Assembly (NCBI GenBank): GCA_946566955.1
Contig: CAMNXD010000005.1
Location: 12,044 to 76,043, forward strand
Reading direction: 5' to 3'
Source of the DNA: an uncultured Clostridia bacterium
GTDB lineage: Bacteria; Bacillota; Clostridia; Oscillospirales; Acutalibacteraceae
DNA length: 64,000 nucleotides
Each line of letters opens with the position of its first letter. Positions within the stretch are counted from its first letter, which is position 1. Of this stretch, positions 28,185-38,753 are shown piece by piece. Position numbers and translations under genes: made by a program. Below the pieces are notes generated by a model. The model was not told the origin of the DNA, did no database searches, and was given only the letters and a program-made list of their open reading frames with translations.

Positions 28185-29137
28185 ACTTTTCCCTCCAAAA
28201 TATTACCAATTAATTCACTTTTCACGTACTCTTCTAAGCATTTCCCACTTTCTTTAATAAGAGGAGCATACTTTTTCCCAACGAATCTAAAGTGCCAAGG
28301 TTCATAAATTACACCAGTGCGTTTTGTCCAGCGCTTTTGATATCTTTCAATAAACCCATATCTATGAGCGTTATCCATAAGCCACTTATATTCTTTAGTC
28401 GAATAAAAATCGTCTTCCACACCGTTAAAATCTACTGCAAGTCCAGTATTATGTTCACTGGTATGTGGCCGGGCAACTACTCTTGCAGCACGTTTTTCTG
28501 CTTCCTCTTGGCTTATAACCTCCTTTCCTTTAGACTTTTCCCTTTCAATCTGCCTATTAAACAAACGTGATTGTAAATCCACGCTTCTATATCCAGAAGA
28601 AATCCATAAAAGAACCCCATCCTTCTTTGCATCAATTATCATTTGCTCTAAGTCTAGAGCCGCTATAGCACTAATTTCTTTTCCTCTACAAATCTTTGTT
28701 TTAACTTCAAAATCTGCAGGAAGCTTATTTCCTCCGTTTATCACAATAAGCTCTGGATCACAGTATTTATTCCAGTGGGAAAAATTAAAAAATTCATTGT
28801 CCGGTTTATTAGTCTTGGTTGATTGGGAATCAGAAATAATCTTTTCTTTTTCAGATTCTCGCTTGAGTTCCATTTTATCAAGTTCACTAAGACCCTCCAT
28901 ATCGTCTTGTGCGTCTACCTGCTCAAACCCTACGGAGCTAGTTTCCGTTTTTTTATGACTTACCGTTGAATCTTTATCAAGAACAAAATAAAAAGCTATC
29001 ATTCCTAACATAAATACCAAAACTATTCCTAAGCCGATAGTAGCCCACTTAAATAACTTTTTTATGTTCTTCTTCCCATCTCTGTAAAGCTTTAATTTTT
29101 TTTCATCACGAGAATTCAAATGTCTATAATTTTTCAT
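28181..29137 (-). CDS. Membrane-anchored VanY/M15B D-alanyl-D-alanine carboxypeptidase
   Basis: SGYRSVDLQ...SEHNTGLAVDF...EPWHFRFVG. Start trimmed to the ATG at 29137, 7 nt after GGAGAA. Confidence 0.85.
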   Translation of the reverse strand: MKNYRHLNSRDEKKLKLYRDGKKNIKKLFKWATIGLGIVLVFMLGMIAFYFVLDKDSTVSHKKTETSSVGFEQVDAQDDMEGLSELDKMELKRESEKEKIISDSQSTKTNKPDNEFFNFSHWNKYCDPELIVINGGNKLPADFEVKTKICRGKEISAIAALDLEQMIIDAKKDGVLLWISSGYRSVDLQSRLFNRQIEREKSKGKEVISQEEAEKRAARVVARPHTSEHNTGLAVDFNGVEDDFYSTKEYKWLMDNAHRYGFIERYQKRWTKRTGVIYEPWHFRFVGKKYAPLIKESGKCLEEYVKSELIGNILEGKV

Positions 29138-29184
29138 TGTGCAATTCTCCAAAATTATAATTAAAAGATTAAGTTTGCTATTAA

Positions 29185-32100
29185 TTAATTGTATATGATT
29201 TCACCATCAATATCAACTCCTGAAGATAAACTCACATTGTTTTTAAGTTCGTTTCCACTTCCATGAATTAAAACCGAAACTCCCTCACATGCTCTAACCG
29301 AACCAGATATTAGCCTTACCTTTCCATACGACTCAATTGGCACATTCAGTTTAGACTTATCCTTTTCTCCTAAAATTCCGCCCTCAATGCTTATCTTAGA
29401 AAATTCCAATCCTTTAATGCTTTTTATAAAGCCTCCTTTAATAATCAAACTACAGTTTACCAAAAAAGCCGCTTTATTACCTGATGAAAAATACTTCCCG
29501 GCATTTACTTTTACTTTAGAATTAAAACTTAGTGCTTTAAGAAAAGGTTTACCAGTAAAATTGCAGCTTGAGCTATTCAAATAGACTATACATCCTTCCC
29601 CTAAGACGTTTATTCCTAACCCTTTATTCCCTAGGCCAAAGGCAGTATTCACCGAAACGTTATCATTTAAAATTAGTATAGAGCTGTTATGAAGTTCAAA
29701 AGCAGTTCGAGCAGGATAAATAGAAGTGATTTTTCTGCTATTATCAATGCAAATCCCGCCGGAAAGAGTAAGAACAGCTTTTCCCTTTAAAATAAAGCTT
29801 ACTTGTACAAGTTTAGCATAGCCACTTATACAAAGCGATCTATCTATTATTATTTGACCCTTAAACGAGAATTTATTCTCAAATTTTATTTCATCACACT
29901 CAACAATGATTGTGCCAACAGTTTTATCGGATATAGCATCTAAAAATTCACTTTTTGTTTTAACTCTGCAAATATTTTTATTTATAATATTAAGATAGTT
30001 TTCATTTAATCTTACCAAAGTGAAGAAATGCTCGGAATTTTTCACTTTAATCTTTTCTTTGTAACTTAAAGAATTATAAATGCACAGCGCCTTATTAATA
30101 CCTATCGAATTATCCATCCAAGGCGTATCAGGTATACTGTTTATAAGCTGAGACGCATAGTTACTATCCAGCTGATACGTTTTACCTTTGAGCTTTTCTA
30201 TAGAAAATGAATCTATAATTTTAGTGAGTTTAGTTTTAGTTTCAAACATATAAGCTTTAAATTCTAAGTTAGAATCATTTACCTTAATTTTTGAATATAC
30301 AGGATTTTCAAGTTTCGGCGATACCTCTAATGGAAATGGATGATATACCACCGAGCTATAATTTTTAACTCCCGAAGTCCCCGGAACTGCGAAAATAGTT
30401 CCATATGGATTTACAAATTTTTTACTTAAAAAGTCTATATTTTCAACAATAACCTTTTCGCATCCAACCTCTTCTGAACAAGATAAAATAGGTGTTCGGG
30501 CATAAACATGATCATGACCGCTGAAAACTACATCTACCCCTCCCTGATATGCAAGCTCTGAAATCTGCTCCCTAAACTTTTTAACATCTGAGTCGTTGCA
30601 GTGGGCTCCGTTTGAATAAGGAGACTTATGAGAAAATATAATCTTCCAAGTACTTTTAGAACCTTTAAGCACGCTAAGCGCCCATTGATATTGTACTGTA
30701 TCCAAGCAAGATTCATCTTCTTTAAAATTTGTACTTAGAACCACAAAAGTGGCGTTTCCAACCTCAAAAGAATAATAAATTCCTCTATGTGCTTTTTGAA
30801 AGTTTAGCCCTTGAACATTAAAATGCTCTGCGATAGCATCTTGAACTCCGGCTTTAAAAGCCACAGCATTTTTTCGTGACTCGTGATTCCCTCCTAAAGG
30901 TATACAAACGTTTTCCTTCCAGGACCGGGTACTTAAAACCCAGCTCCAATATTCTTCGTTATTTCCGTCATCAACAAAGTCTCCTAAATGAACTATAAAA
31001 TCAGAATTGCCGTTTTTCGCAGCACTATTAACCACTTGCGCAAAAATATCGTAGTCTTGTTTCACCATTCCTTGAGAATCAGTAAAAAGAGTAAACTCAA
31101 AGTCTTGCTTAATTTCCCTTATTTTAAATTTATAAATTTCGCTTTCATATTCATCACAGTGAATCTTATAATAAACAGTTCCCGGACTTAAATCTTTGAG
31201 ACATAAAGAATGCCTGTTAAGCTCAATAACTTTATATCCGGCAATAAGACCTAAATTTATAGTTGGAATAGTCCTAGAAACGGTTTCACAGGTTGATTTA
31301 ACTTTCTCACTGTTTTTAAAATTTATATCGTAAGAAAATTCAAGAAAACTATTTTTAACTGTTTTTGCTGTGTGCCATCTAAAGAATCTATCAAAGCAAA
31401 AATTTCTGCCGGGTAAAATTGTAATATTAAAAAGCTTTTGAGAATCCAACCGGACTTCCGATTTTTTTTGAAGACTAAGCTTCTTATTAACTTTACTTAA
31501 AAAAGTACCAGAGATGTCCACGAGTATTTCTCCTATACCTTTTATAAAGCTCGGACTTATATATTTTTTTGCAAAATCATAAATTATTTCTTTAACGTCA
31601 ATATTCATTATCTTTAAAAGGCTCGAAAGCTGACCTTTATTAGTTTTTTTATTAAGCGCCTTGCGTACAAGATAAGAGTCAAATGTAACTTTAAAATTGA
31701 AAAATATGTTCTCACTAACCTGAGCTATAACTTCAGAAATATAATCAAGTAAAGATTCTATCCAAGACCTTAAAAATTTTCCTTTTCTAATATTTACCAG
31801 CGCAGGCTTTATCCAATCAGGGACTTCATTACTCAGATCGTAATAATTAAGAAGTATGAGCATAGCAAGATCATACAAAGTTTTTTCTTCAGAATTTTTA
31901 GGTTTATATATTCCTTTTTCTGAAAAACTTGCTACTATCTCATCTATTTTATTTATTATGTATTCATTGTTAATAATATATTTTTCTTCAATTTGCTCTA
32001 AAATACTGTTTAAAGATTCTAGAATTTTAACATCTGTAATTGTTATTTTTTTTACTAAAAGTCTTAAAATACCCGTAGGTTCAATTTGTATTCCATCATA

Positions 32101-32343
32101 TCGGTATTGTATATCAACTCTACCAATAAATCCATTACTAATCTCTATTCCACGGCGTTTTAAAAGCTGCTTCCTTATTTTACCTACAACAAACTTATCG
32201 ATATCTATGTCTGGAACAAATTCCGCTACGCTTTGTTTTATACCTTTCTTTTTAAGACTTGCTAAAAATGGAATGAGCGAAATAATAATTATCTCGCTTA
32301 ATTTTCCGCCTTTATATTCTTTTTTATTGCTCTCTTTCATCAT
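29185..32343 (-). CDS. Large multidomain metallophosphoesterase (calcineurin-like core, unknown about 400-aa N-terminus, repeat-rich C-terminus)
   Basis: 1052 aa; DFIVHLGDFVDDGN...GGNHE...GHDHVYAR motifs. Confidence 0.75.
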   Translation of the reverse strand: MMKESNKKEYKGGKLSEIIIISLIPFLASLKKKGIKQSVAEFVPDIDIDKFVVGKIRKQLLKRRGIEISNGFIGRVDIQYRYDGIQIEPTGILRLLVKKITITDVKILESLNSILEQIEEKYIINNEYIINKIDEIVASFSEKGIYKPKNSEEKTLYDLAMLILLNYYDLSNEVPDWIKPALVNIRKGKFLRSWIESLLDYISEVIAQVSENIFFNFKVTFDSYLVRKALNKKTNKGQLSSLLKIMNIDVKEIIYDFAKKYISPSFIKGIGEILVDISGTFLSKVNKKLSLQKKSEVRLDSQKLFNITILPGRNFCFDRFFRWHTAKTVKNSFLEFSYDINFKNSEKVKSTCETVSRTIPTINLGLIAGYKVIELNRHSLCLKDLSPGTVYYKIHCDEYESEIYKFKIREIKQDFEFTLFTDSQGMVKQDYDIFAQVVNSAAKNGNSDFIVHLGDFVDDGNNEEYWSWVLSTRSWKENVCIPLGGNHESRKNAVAFKAGVQDAIAEHFNVQGLNFQKAHRGIYYSFEVGNATFVVLSTNFKEDESCLDTVQYQWALSVLKGSKSTWKIIFSHKSPYSNGAHCNDSDVKKFREQISELAYQGGVDVVFSGHDHVYARTPILSCSEEVGCEKVIVENIDFLSKKFVNPYGTIFAVPGTSGVKNYSSVVYHPFPLEVSPKLENPVYSKIKVNDSNLEFKAYMFETKTKLTKIIDSFSIEKLKGKTYQLDSNYASQLINSIPDTPWMDNSIGINKALCIYNSLSYKEKIKVKNSEHFFTLVRLNENYLNIINKNICRVKTKSEFLDAISDKTVGTIIVECDEIKFENKFSFKGQIIIDRSLCISGYAKLVQVSFILKGKAVLTLSGGICIDNSRKITSIYPARTAFELHNSSILILNDNVSVNTAFGLGNKGLGINVLGEGCIVYLNSSSCNFTGKPFLKALSFNSKVKVNAGKYFSSGNKAAFLVNCSLIIKGGFIKSIKGLEFSKISIEGGILGEKDKSKLNVPIESYGKVRLISGSVRACEGVSVLIHGSGNELKNNVSLSSGVDIDGEIIYN

Positions 32344-33179
32344 AATGAGATCCTACTTTTTATCATATCAATCTCCTGAGCATATCCTTCCAAGCTTTCT
32401 TGAGGAGTTTCAAGAATAAAAACTAAATTTTTAAGGTAGTTATTTTCAACTATTTTTAAAAGAGCTTCAAGTCCAATATTTCCCCGGCCAAGCTGCTCAT
32501 GCCTGTCTTTTTTACTTCCTAAAGCATTTTTACTATCGTTTAAATGCACCGCTTTTACTTTTGAAATACCTATTTTCTTATCAATCTCCTCTAAAACTCC
32601 TTCTAGGTTATTTACTATATCATATCCTGCGTCGAATATATGGCACGTATCAATGCATACTCCTAACTTTTCTTTAAGCTCAACGCCTTTAATAATTCTA
32701 GCTAAATCTTCTATTTTTCCACCAACTTCACTGCCCTTTCCTGTCATCGTTTCAAGAAGGACCGTTGTAGTTTGATCTGAGCGAAGAGTGTTATTTAAAG
32801 CATCAGTTATTTGTATTATACCCTTATCTATTCCTTGACCGGTATGACTGCCTGGATGAAAATTATAGTAGCTTCCGGGTACATTTTCTAATCTTTGGAT
32901 ATCTTCAGCAAAAATAGATTGAGAATAGTCTCTTATATGTTCATTCGAAGAGCATAAATTCATTGTATATGGAGCATGAGATACTATATGACTAAATTTA
33001 TTTTCTTCTAAAATTTTTAAAAATTCTTTTAAGTCCGATTCTATAAACTCGCGAGCTTTTCCTCCTCTAGGATTTCTCGAGAAATATTGAAAGGTATTAG
33101 CACCAATCTGAAGGGCTGCTTGCGCCATAGCAGTAAACCCTCGAGCTGAAGATAAATGACATCCTATACTTTTAACCAT
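32340..33179 (-). CDS. nfo: Deoxyribonuclease IV (endonuclease IV)
   Basis: 279 aa, IGCHLS...ANTFQYFSRNPRGG...HLNDSK...DRHEQLG. Confidence 0.9.
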   Translation of the reverse strand: MVKSIGCHLSSARGFTAMAQAALQIGANTFQYFSRNPRGGKAREFIESDLKEFLKILEENKFSHIVSHAPYTMNLCSSNEHIRDYSQSIFAEDIQRLENVPGSYYNFHPGSHTGQGIDKGIIQITDALNNTLRSDQTTTVLLETMTGKGSEVGGKIEDLARIIKGVELKEKLGVCIDTCHIFDAGYDIVNNLEGVLEEIDKKIGISKVKAVHLNDSKNALGSKKDRHEQLGRGNIGLEALLKIVENNYLKNLVFILETPQESLEGYAQEIDMIKSRISL

Positions 33180-33227
33180 AATCCTTAAACCTCCATAAGG
33201 TTTTTTATTTTTAATCCCCGGTCTAAA

Positions 33228-34691
33228 CTAATTTTTGTTTTCATTCATGTGAAAAACATAAGTCATAGCGTAACCGAGCATGGACCAGAAAAATCCTACC
33301 ATAAATGTCATATCAAAAAGGATAGCTTTCTCAAACAAACAATATCCACAGTAAGCAACAAGCACCGAAAAAAGCTTGCAAAACACACCAAAATAATCGT
33401 ATTCAACACATATTAACAAATGCTTACATATCTCTAGAGTGACTAAAAAAGAAAATATCGCAAAAATTAGAAATCCTATTATACCACAAGAAACTAAAAT
33501 AGTTAAATAACCATTATGTAAATCGGGATGAATTAACCCTCCTTTAAGATATTTACGAGCGTAAATGCCTAAATTGGCTCTTCCTATTCCTATCCATGGA
33601 TTATGCTTAAAAATTTCAACGCCCTGCTTAAAAAGAGTTATCCTGCCACTACTCACTTCATAATGCTGACGTCCAACGTGAAAGTCAGCAAGATATCCTT
33701 TTTCCTCACCGCCAGATGATTCCTCTTTTGGAATGGTAACGTTCTTTTCAATTATACTTACAGGAGCACTGAAACTTTCAAGTTTATGCTCCATTATATC
33801 TTCATGCTTATAAACGTCCGTAAGCACTATACTCATAAAATTTTGGCAGGCATCTCTAAGTGCAAAAGACATAGACATAATCACTAAACAAAATCCAAAA
33901 GTAATAAGTATGCTTTTGAAAAATTTCACCGGATATTGAAAATAATGTTTAAAGAATAAATTACAAAACACTCTAATAGTTGCATATATCATTAAAAATA
34001 CAAACGATGCATTTGAATCCGATAAAAATAAACACACACAACTTACTAACGCACAAATTCCGAGTTTTAATTTATTTACTTTTTGAATTTTAAATTTTTT
34101 TATAATATATGAGTCAGAAAGAATATCACATGCAACTATCGCTTCTATCATTGAAAAGGCCAAAATATTCGAGTTAGTGTAAACTCCTATTAAACGATTT
34201 CGAAAAATTCCGAGGTAGTATCCAAATAATTCAATTTTTTGCCGTGAAAAAAGTATTAAAAGAGAAAGAGAACCGAAAATAAGTCCAAAATTTACGAAAA
34301 ATTTTAAGATAAATATCATTTCTTTTTCTATCGACTCTAAATCCTGCTGCATATACATCCCATAGAAAATAAAGAAACAAACCGCAGTATAATATGTGAT
34401 AACTAAATTAGGTACAAACCATATGGACATATGAACAATAGAAGTAATAATCATTAAAATCAAAAAAGACCATAAAAGATATTTATGCTTAATTTTAAAT
34501 GCCAAGCCCTCTATAAAAAAATTATGGACTAGTATAAAGCTTCCCCATATCAAAACTAATGACTTAAGAATGAGCGCTACTACGTAAACAAAAGCTAGCA
34601 TTTCACATGATATTAGTATGATATAAGCTTTCCTAAATAAACTTGCATCTAAAGGAATTTTACCTATTGTCTTGATGCGCCCCGTCAGCAC
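33228..34691 (-). CDS. O-antigen ligase/Wzy_C-family polytopic membrane protein
   Basis: 487 aa, multi-TM; loop ...GIGRANLG...HPDLHNGYLTILVSCGIIGF. Confidence 0.75.
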   Translation of the reverse strand: MLTGRIKTIGKIPLDASLFRKAYIILISCEMLAFVYVVALILKSLVLIWGSFILVHNFFIEGLAFKIKHKYLLWSFLILMIITSIVHMSIWFVPNLVITYYTAVCFFIFYGMYMQQDLESIEKEMIFILKFFVNFGLIFGSLSLLILFSRQKIELFGYYLGIFRNRLIGVYTNSNILAFSMIEAIVACDILSDSYIIKKFKIQKVNKLKLGICALVSCVCLFLSDSNASFVFLMIYATIRVFCNLFFKHYFQYPVKFFKSILITFGFCLVIMSMSFALRDACQNFMSIVLTDVYKHEDIMEHKLESFSAPVSIIEKNVTIPKEESSGGEEKGYLADFHVGRQHYEVSSGRITLFKQGVEIFKHNPWIGIGRANLGIYARKYLKGGLIHPDLHNGYLTILVSCGIIGFLIFAIFSFLVTLEICKHLLICVEYDYFGVFCKLFSVLVAYCGYCLFEKAILFDMTFMVGFFWSMLGYAMTYVFHMNENKN

Positions 34692-34727
34692 TTTTTCACC
34701 TCCCCTTTTAAAAACTTACCGTTTAAA

Positions 34728-35924
34728 TTAAACGTATTTTTTTATTGTTTTTATAATATACTTGACTTCTTCATCTTTAAGCTGAGTATGCAAAGGAAGA
34801 GAAATTTCATTCTGGTACATCGCATATGCCTGAGGAAAATCATTTATTTTAAAGCCTAAATTTCTATAAGCCGTAAGAAGCGGTAAAGGCTTGTAGTGGA
34901 CATTAGTGGCAATGCCTGCTCTTGCCATCTGAGTTATACATCTATTTCTTTCGTCTTCGCTTTTTCCAAGCAGTCTCACCATATATAAATGGCAGCTTGA
35001 AATGCCAACATTAGATAAATGATTTGCCTTCCAAAAACTTGGCCCTCTTAACCCTTTATCGTACATTAAAACTATTTCTTTTCTTCGCTCTAAAATGCTT
35101 TCATATCTTTCCAGTTGAGAAAGCCCAAGAGCGGCCATTATGTCTGTCATGTTGCATTTATATCCTGGCCAAATTATATCGTATTCCCAAGCTCCTAACT
35201 GAGCTTTAGCAAGGGCATCTTTATTTTGGCCATGAAGTGAAAGCAGCATATAGCTTTTATAAATTTCATCATTGTTCATGGATTCAAGATTTCTCCAAGT
35301 GACGGCTCCTCCTTCAGCCGTAGTTAAGTTTTTAATTGCATGAAACGAAAAACAAGTAAAATCGGCCGCATTTCCAGATCGAATTTCATTTCTTTTAGCT
35401 CCAAAAGAATGAGCCGCATCCGCTATAACTGCCACTCTCCCTAAAGCTTCTTGCAAATTTCCATTGGGCTTAAAAAGTGATTTTTTCTTCTTAACAATTT
35501 CAAAAACTTTGCTATAATCACACATTATTCCACCTATATCGACGGGTATTATTGCTTTAGTGCGACTATTTATAGCATCACTCATTTTTTCGTAATCCAT
35601 CTCGAAAGAACCCGGGGACGTGTCCACGAGAACAGGAGTTGCTCCCACATGGCATATCACGCTGCAAGAGGCAGAATAAGTGTAGGCACTTGTTATAACC
35701 TCATCTCCTGGCCCAATTCCTAAAAGCCTCAAAGTCAATTCAAGTGCTGCAGTAGCTGAGTTTAAAGCAGCTGCTCGAGAAGTACCGCAGAACTTGGCAA
35801 TTTCTTTTTCAAAAAGCTTAGTTTTAGGGCCCGTAGTAATCCAACCGGACCTAAGAGCTTCATCAACAGCTTTTATATCTTCTTCAGTAATGTGTGGAGG
35901 AGAAAACTTTATATCATAACTCAT
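34728..35924 (-). CDS. DegT/DnrJ/EryC1/StrS-family sugar aminotransferase (PglE-like)
   Basis: 398 aa; PLP-lysine context DAAHSFGAK. Confidence 0.88.
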   Translation of the reverse strand: MSYDIKFSPPHITEEDIKAVDEALRSGWITTGPKTKLFEKEIAKFCGTSRAAALNSATAALELTLRLLGIGPGDEVITSAYTYSASCSVICHVGATPVLVDTSPGSFEMDYEKMSDAINSRTKAIIPVDIGGIMCDYSKVFEIVKKKKSLFKPNGNLQEALGRVAVIADAAHSFGAKRNEIRSGNAADFTCFSFHAIKNLTTAEGGAVTWRNLESMNNDEIYKSYMLLSLHGQNKDALAKAQLGAWEYDIIWPGYKCNMTDIMAALGLSQLERYESILERRKEIVLMYDKGLRGPSFWKANHLSNVGISSCHLYMVRLLGKSEDERNRCITQMARAGIATNVHYKPLPLLTAYRNLGFKINDFPQAYAMYQNEISLPLHTQLKDEEVKYIIKTIKKYV

Positions 35925-35936
35925 CTTAAAAACCCC

Positions 35937-36536
35937 TTATTTTTTTATTACTGCTATTACAGTTTTAAATATTATTTTCAAATCGTACCAAAAGCCAAAT
36001 TTTTCTATATATTCAAGATTATATTTCATTTTTTCCGGCAAAATACTTTTAATATAAACCTCATCAGGATTATTTGAATTTTTAAGCAGTTCCGATTCGT
36101 TTTTATAAAGAATACTTGTAAGAGAAGTGACTCCCGCGGGCAAAAGAAGCGTTGCATACATTTCTGGTGTGTACTGCTGAACGTACTTTAAAGATTCCGG
36201 ACGAACCCCAACGAACGAAAGTTCTCCTTTTAAAATATTAAAAAGCTGAGGCACTTCATCAAGACGAAATTTTCTAAGCCATCTTCCTGACCGTGTTATA
36301 CGCGGGTCATTTTCAAGTGTTACGCTAGAGCCTTTTTTTTCGGCATTTTTAATCATTGTCCTGAACTTTAAAATTTCAAATACTTTTTCATCTTTAGTAA
36401 CTCTTTTTTGCTTAAAGATAGCTCCTCCTGGAGAGTCCGCAATTACTACTATATATATAAATATCATTAAAGGCATAAATAGTATTATCAAAACCAAAGA
36501 GAGAATTATATCTAGCAACCTTTTGGCAGCTAACAC
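35937..36536 (-). CDS. Small bacterial sugar transferase (PglC/WbaP C-terminal type phosphoglycosyl transferase)
   Basis: 199 aa; KRLLDIILS..., KFRTM, DPRIT, LDEVPQLFNILKGELSFVGVRPE. Confidence 0.88.
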   Translation of the reverse strand: MLAAKRLLDIILSLVLIILFMPLMIFIYIVVIADSPGGAIFKQKRVTKDEKVFEILKFRTMIKNAEKKGSSVTLENDPRITRSGRWLRKFRLDEVPQLFNILKGELSFVGVRPESLKYVQQYTPEMYATLLLPAGVTSLTSILYKNESELLKNSNNPDEVYIKSILPEKMKYNLEYIEKFGFWYDLKIIFKTVIAVIKK

Positions 36537-36797
36537 ACCCCCCCGAGTTTTAAGTAGCTCATAATACGGCTTAACAGAAGGATTTTTTATCTTTGTTGGA
36601 AGCTTTTCCCACGGCGTTAAAATAACTAATCACATCCTAAATCAATTAAATGATTTCTTACTTAAAAAAATCTTAATTTATAAATTAGATTATATCTAAA
36701 GCTCACTTTATTTTCAACTGCACTGAATATTCCAAAAAGTTTATGTCAAAAATAATACTAAGTTTATACAAAATAAATTTCAAAGGTGGTTTTGTAA

Positions 36798-37469
36798 GTG
36801 GCTGTATCACTTCTTCGTACTATTATACTATATATCATTGTTATTTTTGCAATCAAGCTTATGGGTAAACGTCAAATCAGTGATCTTCAAACATCTGAGC
36901 TTGTAATAACCATTTTAATTTCCAACATTGCCGCTATCCCCATGCAAAACACAGAGCAACCTCTCTTAACAGGAGTAGTACCTATTGGAGTTTTAATATG
37001 CTGCGAAATATTTATTTCATTTTTAATGCTTAAAAGTCTTAGTATACGAAAATTAATATGCGGAAAACCCGTCGTTGTAATAGACGAAGGCAAGGTTCAG
37101 CAAGACGCTCTTAAATATTTACGCTTGAGTGCTGAAGATTTATTCGAGCAGCTCCGTCAATTAGATGTTTTTTCTCTCGACGATGTCTGGTTTGCTATTA
37201 TGGAAACCAATGGTCAACTTAGCGTACTAAAAAAATCCGAAAAACAACCACCAGATTCTTCCACCCTCGGACTTACAGTACCAAAGGCTAAAGTTGATAC
37301 GGTTGTTGTAAGCGATGGAAATATTTCAGACTTTTCTTTGTCTATCTGCGGTCTTAACAGACAGTGGCTTTTAGGCGTTATCGAAGGTCAAAACATAAAT
37401 ATTAAAGATATATTTATTATGACGGCTAATAAATCAAAAGAATTCAATATTATAAGAAAGGAGAAATAA
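36798..37469 (+). CDS. DUF421 (YetF-like) membrane protein
   Basis: 223 aa, GKRQISDLQTSELVITILISNIAA; GTG start. Confidence 0.8.
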   Translation: MAVSLLRTIILYIIVIFAIKLMGKRQISDLQTSELVITILISNIAAIPMQNTEQPLLTGVVPIGVLICCEIFISFLMLKSLSIRKLICGKPVVVIDEGKVQQDALKYLRLSAEDLFEQLRQLDVFSLDDVWFAIMETNGQLSVLKKSEKQPPDSSTLGLTVPKAKVDTVVVSDGNISDFSLSICGLNRQWLLGVIEGQNINIKDIFIMTANKSKEFNIIRKEK

Positions 37470-37473
37470 ATTT

Positions 37474-37860
37474 ATGAAAAAACTTATCATAACCTCCTTC
37501 ATAGCTGTTTTATCTGTGACGATATGTTTGCTATGCATGTTTTACGTCGATAGCGTTGCTACCAAAGCAGAAAAGTACATTGAAAGCATTCAAACTTCCG
37601 TAAGTAACCAACAGTACCGTGCTGCCCTAGGTCAAACTAATGAACTTAGTAATTTCTGGAGCCAAAATCATGATATACTTTCTATGGTTCTACACCACGA
37701 AATGCTTGAAGAAATCGAAGAAGCCATAGCTCTTGTAAAGTCATCTTTAGAGCACCCCGATGAAGAAAACGTTAATTTCTGGACCCAAATTACTAGTTCA
37801 CTAGTAAAAATTCAAAATCTTAAAGATACTGAATCTCCCTCTTTAGCCAATATTCTTTAA
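37474..37860 (+). CDS. DUF4363-like small membrane-anchored protein
   Basis: 128 aa; N-terminal TM; LHHEMLEEIEEAI motif; usual partner of DUF421 in clostridia (from memory). Confidence 0.65.
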   Translation: MKKLIITSFIAVLSVTICLLCMFYVDSVATKAEKYIESIQTSVSNQQYRAALGQTNELSNFWSQNHDILSMVLHHEMLEEIEEAIALVKSSLEHPDEENVNFWTQITSSLVKIQNLKDTESPSLANIL

Positions 37861-38732
37861 CTACTTAAAACTTCCTTTAATTCTTCTAAATGACGCCTCA
37901 CTGTACTTCTATGGTCGAAATCAAATTCATCTATTATTGGAATAATTGTTTTAACGAATCGTGTAAGGCCATATTTCAAATACGACGTATTAGCAACATC
38001 GTCTGATATTTGCTTCTGTGTGCTAATTGCCAAATTAAACGAAGCGTTTAAATATTGATTTTGTGCAAATTCGTAATTAATCTTTCCCATAAAACAGCTA
38101 TCTTTCCAAGGTAATTTTCCTTTACAACTACTAAAAATTTCCAAAAATTCTTTAACAAGCTTTAAAGGCCATGGAATTTGTTTTATTTCTTCATTATAAG
38201 TTTTAAAAAAATTATTAAACTTCTTCGTACAAGTTTTAGTATTCTCTATTCTATTATATTTTTCACCAACAATTTGCGATGTAAATTTAAGAAGACAATC
38301 AAAAATGTATTGGAATTTTTTTCTAATTCTAGAATCATCTAAGGTGTCACCTATAAAGGATGTACCAAATCTTTTACTTAGGTCCTTAATTTCCCACAAA
38401 ACAGCCGCCGCATAATTTGCTCGCTTATCAGTAAAACCGTTTGGAGCATTTTGAATTTTTCCACATAATCTTTTTATCTTCTCCAATTTGCTATAACTTT
38501 TTTCTTTTTTAAGTTTCTCTTTCGCTTTACCTTCCGATTTATATTTTTCTCTCATTTTAGTTAAAGCAGCATCTTGAGCTTTCTCAATAGTTTCTTTAAT
38601 TTGTTGAAACTGCTTTCTAATATCTTCAAATTTAATTTTCAATTCTATTTCACAACAGGTAAATTTTTCAATTTGTAAATTTCTAATCTCATTATAAAAT
38701 GCTTCTCTTTTATCTATATATCGATTTTTCAC
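37857..38732 (-). CDS. Orphan helical K/E-rich protein, paralog C of the tandem cluster
   Basis: 291 aa; GTG start 10 nt after AAGGAG; no TM or signal peptide; N-terminal DKREAFYNEI motif. Confidence 0.65.
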   Translation of the reverse strand: MKNRYIDKREAFYNEIRNLQIEKFTCCEIELKIKFEDIRKQFQQIKETIEKAQDAALTKMREKYKSEGKAKEKLKKEKSYSKLEKIKRLCGKIQNAPNGFTDKRANYAAAVLWEIKDLSKRFGTSFIGDTLDDSRIRKKFQYIFDCLLKFTSQIVGEKYNRIENTKTCTKKFNNFFKTYNEEIKQIPWPLKLVKEFLEIFSSCKGKLPWKDSCFMGKINYEFAQNQYLNASFNLAISTQKQISDDVANTSYLKYGLTRFVKTIIPIIDEFDFDHRSTVRRHLEELKEVLSS

Positions 38733-38753
38733 TTCAGCCCATCTCCTTGATTA

